Part shown: in pieces, positions 7,328 to 10,792 of the stretch
How the letters are laid out: each line of letters begins with the position of its first letter
How positions within the stretch are numbered: position 1 is the stretch's first letter
NCBI GenBank assembly: GCA_051294375.1
Contig: JBJCIZ010000305.1
Span: 1-10,792, forward strand
Reading direction: 5' to 3'
Origin: Paraspadella gotoi
Lineage: Eukaryota; Animalia; Chaetognatha
Length of the DNA: 10,792 nt
The notes under the pieces: model-generated
Database searches by the model: none
What the model saw: the letters and a program-made list of their open reading frames with translations, nothing else
Told to the model about the DNA's origin: nothing
Program-made: the position numbers and the translations under genes

Positions 7328-9847
7328 ACTGTTAATTGTTCCCGCTTGCGGGGTGGGCGTTGTCGTCGATGCCATGGGCATCGCTGCCGTCGCCGGGGCT
7401 GCAGGAATCGTTGTCGTCAATCTTGATTGGTCTGCTTCAGCCCGCCCGCCTGGTGCCGTCGCGGTGACGTTCGCCGTCCCAGGGTCCTGTACAAGGGGCT
7501 GGGGAGGAGAAAAAACTGCATAGGAGGGGGGAGCAGATTGATAAAAGGTGGGTGTAGCATAGGCGGGAGCGGGAGTTTGAACATAAACCGGCTGTGGCTG
7601 ATATTGAGCCACCTGATTAGCTGGCGTCTGTCGGCGCACCGGCGCCGCGCCGTGCAGCGTGGGATGGTGATTTCCCCTGCACAGATTACATGATACACCA
7701 CTTCTACATCTTATTGCTAAATGGTTAGGGTTCAAGCATTTAAAACATAAACGTCGGCCTGCCGCTAAATCGGCTCTCGCCTGGACGCCGAGTGCCTGAT
7801 AGCCGGTGCACTCCCAGATCATATGACTTTGTCCGCAAAAATGGCAGTGAGGAGTCGCAGGACGGGTTGGCGTCGATGAATACAGAGGGACTCCTGGCGT
7901 ATTTGTCATCTGGATCTGGGGAGCAGGCGCAGCTGCCGCCTGTTGAGTCGGCTGCTGCACCTGCTGAACGACTGGATAAATAGGTCGTTGTGCAGTAACA
8001 TAGGCACATCCGGCTTCCGGGGGAGGCGCCGGGGGCGCCGCTTCAGTTATGCTCGTTTTTCGTGGTCTCTTCTTCTTCTTCTTTTTCTTCGGCGGCTCCG
8101 GTAAAGCGGGGTCAGCTGCGTCGGACGATTCGAACGAATCTGTAGCCCCTATCTCTTTTTGCTGATTCGCCACGCCCCCACCGTTTGTCGACGGAGGGGG
8201 TGGGCCGGCGTTCGCCGCAACCGCCGCTACCGAAGCTGTCGTCGCTGCCTTCTTCTTTTTATGGTAAACTGACTTCACCGCAACGAGGTGAATTTTGAGA
8301 AATTCAATCAACTCGGTCAGCGTAAGTTTTCTACCGTTTCTGAAAACTGATTGAGAATTTTCCTCTGCGAATTTGTCCTTCCATTGAGGAAACTTAGCGT
8401 CGAGTATTTCTGAAATAACCGTATCACGATTTAAATCACGTAGTCGGCCCTTTGCCTCCGCGATGCCTGCTATGTTTTCGAGTCGCGTAATTGTCTCGTC
8501 GATCTCCGTCGCTTCCGTTGCCTTGCCTCCGGACAAACAATCTTTTAGCATTTCGTGAGGTGAAGCGTCGGGTCGTCCGAATTCGCTGTGAAGCATCGCG
8601 ATGGCTTCATCCACGGCCGCCGAATAGTCAGTACGATGAAAATACTTTTGTAGTTTGAGTCGAGCGAGGCCACTGAACCAGTGGCGAAGTTCCTGATGAC
8701 GCATTTGGGGGGTGACGCCGGGCTGGGTCATCGCCGCCTCCCATTGCCTCATGTGAATTTCGAATACGACTTTATTCGAAGCACCTTCGTTCCTGAACAT
8801 TTCCTCTGGTCGCAGGTCCTTCAGCATACGAATCGTTGATTCTATCGACTGCGAGTGTAGATATTGTTGTAGTCTATCGTTTTCAGTGGGCGGGGCCGCA
8901 GGAGGCGTGGCCGCCTCCCGGGGCTCGCCCCCACCGTTTCTTTCTTGTCGGAAGACGCTAAAATTTTCCTGCATCCGGCGAAGCTGTTCAGTGAGTTGCG
9001 CAATCTGGGCTTGTTGCACGTCGACTAAAGGATCTCTCTCTATTTCACGCCGAGGGGAGTGTCGTCGATGTGGAGAATCGTGAAGAGGCGGAGTCGGAGG
9101 CGGACGAGAAGAGGAGTGAGGTGGTGGAGCTCGGGGCGGTGAAGGCGGCGTCTCCACTCGTGGGGCGATGTTTCCTTCAGCCGGACGGCCCATGAGCATC
9201 GTAACCATTCTCACTACCGTTGATTCGAAGTTTCTTTCGTAAGTCTCTCTCTCTGAACGCCAATTTTCTCTGTCGATTCTCCATTGCTCCCTTTCCACTT
9301 CGTGAGCAGCTACTTGTTGTTGAGCCATGATCTCGATTGCCGATAATCTTTCGGTTAATGACGTCATGTTCATCGCCGACGGGCTGTTATCGGCCGAAGG
9401 TCCAGCCCTTCCAGCCTGTAGAGCATTCAAACCAGTCGCTAAATCGGCCAAACCTCTCGACCGGGGCGCGACATTCACGCCTACCTCAGCGGGATTCGGG
9501 ATAGGCGCCGGCAACGCAGGGAAGATCGGCGCCGGCCCCGAAGTGACCGCCGGCGTAAAGGACGTGACTGGTACTTGACGGGTACGTGTCTCATTCGCTA
9601 ATCGATCAGCAGCAGATTCTCTTGCAGCTCGGAGGCGTCGTCGAGCCGATTGTCTTTCTGCCGCTTGCCGTAGTCTATCATTTTCTTCTTGCAAGGCCGC
9701 CAACTCTCTCTCGTACTCTTCCTCAGTGCGTGAAGCTCCGAGCGTTCTATTGTCGACGGCCTGCTGCACTGCCTCTTCCAGAGCTCGTTGTCGTTCATCT
9801 ATCGAGCTGCCATGAGGCGAAACTATCGGTCGTTTGTAGTATAGAAT
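7325..9847 (-). CDS. gag: Gag (coiled-coil, capsid-like core, basic NLS-like stretch, three Zn knuckles); ORF track 7325..9769, frame open up to 9847
   Basis: Knuckles CHFCGQSHMIWEC, CFKCLNPNHLAIRC and CNLCRGNHHPTLH at about 7652-7846, the triple arrangement typical of BEL/Pao Gag. PPKKKKKKKRPRK at about 8058-8096. The ORF lies immediately upstream of the protease. Confidence 0.9.
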   Translation of the reverse strand: MLYYKRPIVSPHGSSIDERQRALEEAVQQAVDNRTLGASRTEEEYERELAALQEENDRLRQAAERQSARRRLRAARESAADRLANETRTRQVPVTSFTPAVTSGPAPIFPALPAPIPNPAEVGVNVAPRSRGLADLATGLNALQAGRAGPSADNSPSAMNMTSLTERLSAIEIMAQQQVAAHEVEREQWRIDRENWRSERETYERNFESTVVRMVTMLMGRPAEGNIAPRVETPPSPPRAPPPHSSSRPPPTPPLHDSPHRRHSPRREIERDPLVDVQQAQIAQLTEQLRRMQENFSVFRQERNGGGEPREAATPPAAPPTENDRLQQYLHSQSIESTIRMLKDLRPEEMFRNEGASNKVVFEIHMRQWEAAMTQPGVTPQMRHQELRHWFSGLARLKLQKYFHRTDYSAAVDEAIAMLHSEFGRPDASPHEMLKDCLSGGKATEATEIDETITRLENIAGIAEAKGRLRDLNRDTVISEILDAKFPQWKDKFAEENSQSVFRNGRKLTLTELIEFLKIHLVAVKSVYHKKKKAATTASVAAVAANAGPPPPSTNGGGVANQQKEIGATDSFESSDAADPALPEPPKKKKKKKRPRKTSITEAAPPAPPPEAGCAYVTAQRPIYPVVQQVQQPTQQAAAAPAPQIQMTNTPGVPLYSSTPTRPATPHCHFCGQSHMIWECTGYQALGVQARADLAAGRRLCFKCLNPNHLAIRCRSGVSCNLCRGNHHPTLHGAAPVRRQTPANQVAQYQPQPVYVQTPAPAYATPTFYQSAPPSYAVFSPPQPLVQDPGTANVTATAPGGRAEADQSRLTTTIPAAPATAAMPMASTTTPTPQAGTINS

Positions 9848-10594
9848 CTACAACTGGGTGTGGACTACGGTGGAAGTCGCAGTCGCCGTCGCCACAGTGG
9901 CCATCGTTCTCATAATCGGCGCCGTCGCCGCCCCGCAAGTCGGGATTCTACGTGGGACCGGCGCAAATGCGCTTGTATATGTCCCATGCAGCGGCGATCG
10001 CTTCGTTAGAGCTGAAGTAGGAGGGGTCATAAAGGCCGTCTGAAATAACGGAGGTGCTGTAACAGAGGACCTCAAGCGACGTGCAATTGGATCCTGATCA
10101 TCCACCGACGTCGTCGCCGCCCCCCCCACGGTCATCGTTGAGCGTCCACTGCTGCTCCGTCCTCTCCCTACAACCGGCATTGTGGGGTCGGGGGGAAGGA
10201 GATACGGGGATCCGGCCCGGGAGCCAGGGCCGGAGGCAGGGTCAGCAATAATCGTATCATCGTTCGGAACCGCCAAAAGTGGCGGAAATTTAGGGTTTTC
10301 GTGCAAAACGTCTCTTACCCTATCAATTCCTCGTGATAAAACATGCGTATTTCTTAGCCTATGCTCTCCCGCCAAAAGCATCGCCTCTTGCCTCTTATTC
10401 TCCAGCGCCTCTCTCATACTATTGGCGGACGTACGATCCGCTGACGTCCCCGTTTCCATGGCCCTATTAAAGAGGCCTTGAAACGTGTGCCGAAGACATT
10501 CAAGTTGTTCGGCAAACTCGTCCGGACCGATTCCATCCGCTCCATTCTGAGTGGTGCCGTTCGTCGGAGGGGCCGATGCCATCGTGCGGACCAT
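9848..10594 (-). CDS. gag: ORF1 / N-terminal part of Gag (248 aa), in frame with the main gag ORF across a single TAG
   Basis: ATG at 10594 (second ATG at 10582). A helical-looking segment is followed by P/T/S-rich low complexity. After TAG 9848-9850 the same frame stays open (ILYYKRPIVSPHGSSIDERQRALEEAV) directly into ORF 7325..9769. Confidence 0.65.
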   Translation of the reverse strand: MVRTMASAPPTNGTTQNGADGIGPDEFAEQLECLRHTFQGLFNRAMETGTSADRTSANSMREALENKRQEAMLLAGEHRLRNTHVLSRGIDRVRDVLHENPKFPPLLAVPNDDTIIADPASGPGSRAGSPYLLPPDPTMPVVGRGRSSSGRSTMTVGGAATTSVDDQDPIARRLRSSVTAPPLFQTAFMTPPTSALTKRSPLHGTYTSAFAPVPRRIPTCGAATAPIMRTMATVATATATSTVVHTQL

Positions 10595-10753
10595 GCAAAA
10601 AAGGAGAGAAATAGGTTAATGTTATGCGTATCAAATTCTACTAAAATACAATTTTCTATCTCAACGTCTATATTCTGATATTGTCAATGACTTTACACCT
10701 TTTCACAACGAATAGATGCTTAGGTCAGAGGGGACTAAATTCTGTCTTTTTAC

Positions 10754-10792
10754 TGTATGAACACTTGCCGTGTGTCCACGAAGTCGCCTCTG
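10754..10792 (-). repeat. Probable U5 end of the 5' LTR (...GTGTTCATACA)
   Basis: Ends in TACA, complementary to TGTA at the other end, about 160 nt upstream of the gag ATG. The LTR duplication itself cannot be seen in this window. Confidence 0.4.

Larger units (their letters stand above)
1..10792 (-). mobile_element. BEL/Pao-superfamily LTR retrotransposon, internal region with only the inner edges of the LTRs
   Basis: Domain order is Gag(3 Zn knuckles)-PR-RT-RH-IN. BEL/Pao-type motifs: LNDELLTGPD, ADIRGFFHQV, FYVDDFL, TKRQILSLTASLFDPLG, LHVFADAS, SIPRLELTAA, WTDS, NPADDCSRG, TGVDAFGPF, RAVHLEV, SDNGSNF, WGGVWERLI, FWDRWTKEY. Confidence 0.96.

Noticed and set aside
9823-9868. Small intron removing the UAG in gag
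   Set aside because: The candidate GT...AG spans are 21 nt (too short for most spliceosomes) or 46 nt (frame-breaking), and lack a pyrimidine tract.
10580-10596. CA-TGGTCCGCACG as LTR end plus tRNA PBS
   Set aside because: It overlaps the ORF1 ATG, and beyond TGGTCC I cannot match it to a tRNA 3' end that I recognise. Not fully excluded without the host tRNA set.
804-10678. Numerous short plus-strand ORFs and alternative-frame minus-strand ORFs in the ORF track
   Set aside because: They are shadows of GC-rich minus-strand coding sequence, mostly with non-ATG starts and no recognisable motifs.

Overview
The window is almost exactly the internal region of one eukaryotic BEL/Pao (Belpaoviridae) LTR retrotransposon on the minus strand. 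The order is: probable 5' LTR tail (10754-10792), a long gag with three Zn knuckles, then pol (protease, RT, RNase H, integrase with a DUF5641-type tail). About 3.3 kb follows before a probable PPT and the start of the 3' LTR (1-16). Gag and pol are in one frame, separated by a single UGA-C stop that is followed by a long predicted RNA stem, which suggests programmed readthrough. In the position where some BEL elements carry env there is instead a non-env accessory gene. It has its own upstream splice acceptor and a 154-nt GT-AG intron that fuses two ORFs in frame into a predicted 646-aa protein. By eye its N-terminus resembles a SpoIIAA-like (STAS/SEC14) domain. The copy also has an in-frame UAG inside gag and a 1-nt deletion in integrase, so it may be defective or mis-assembled. 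All domain calls come from motif recognition by eye; no searches were run.
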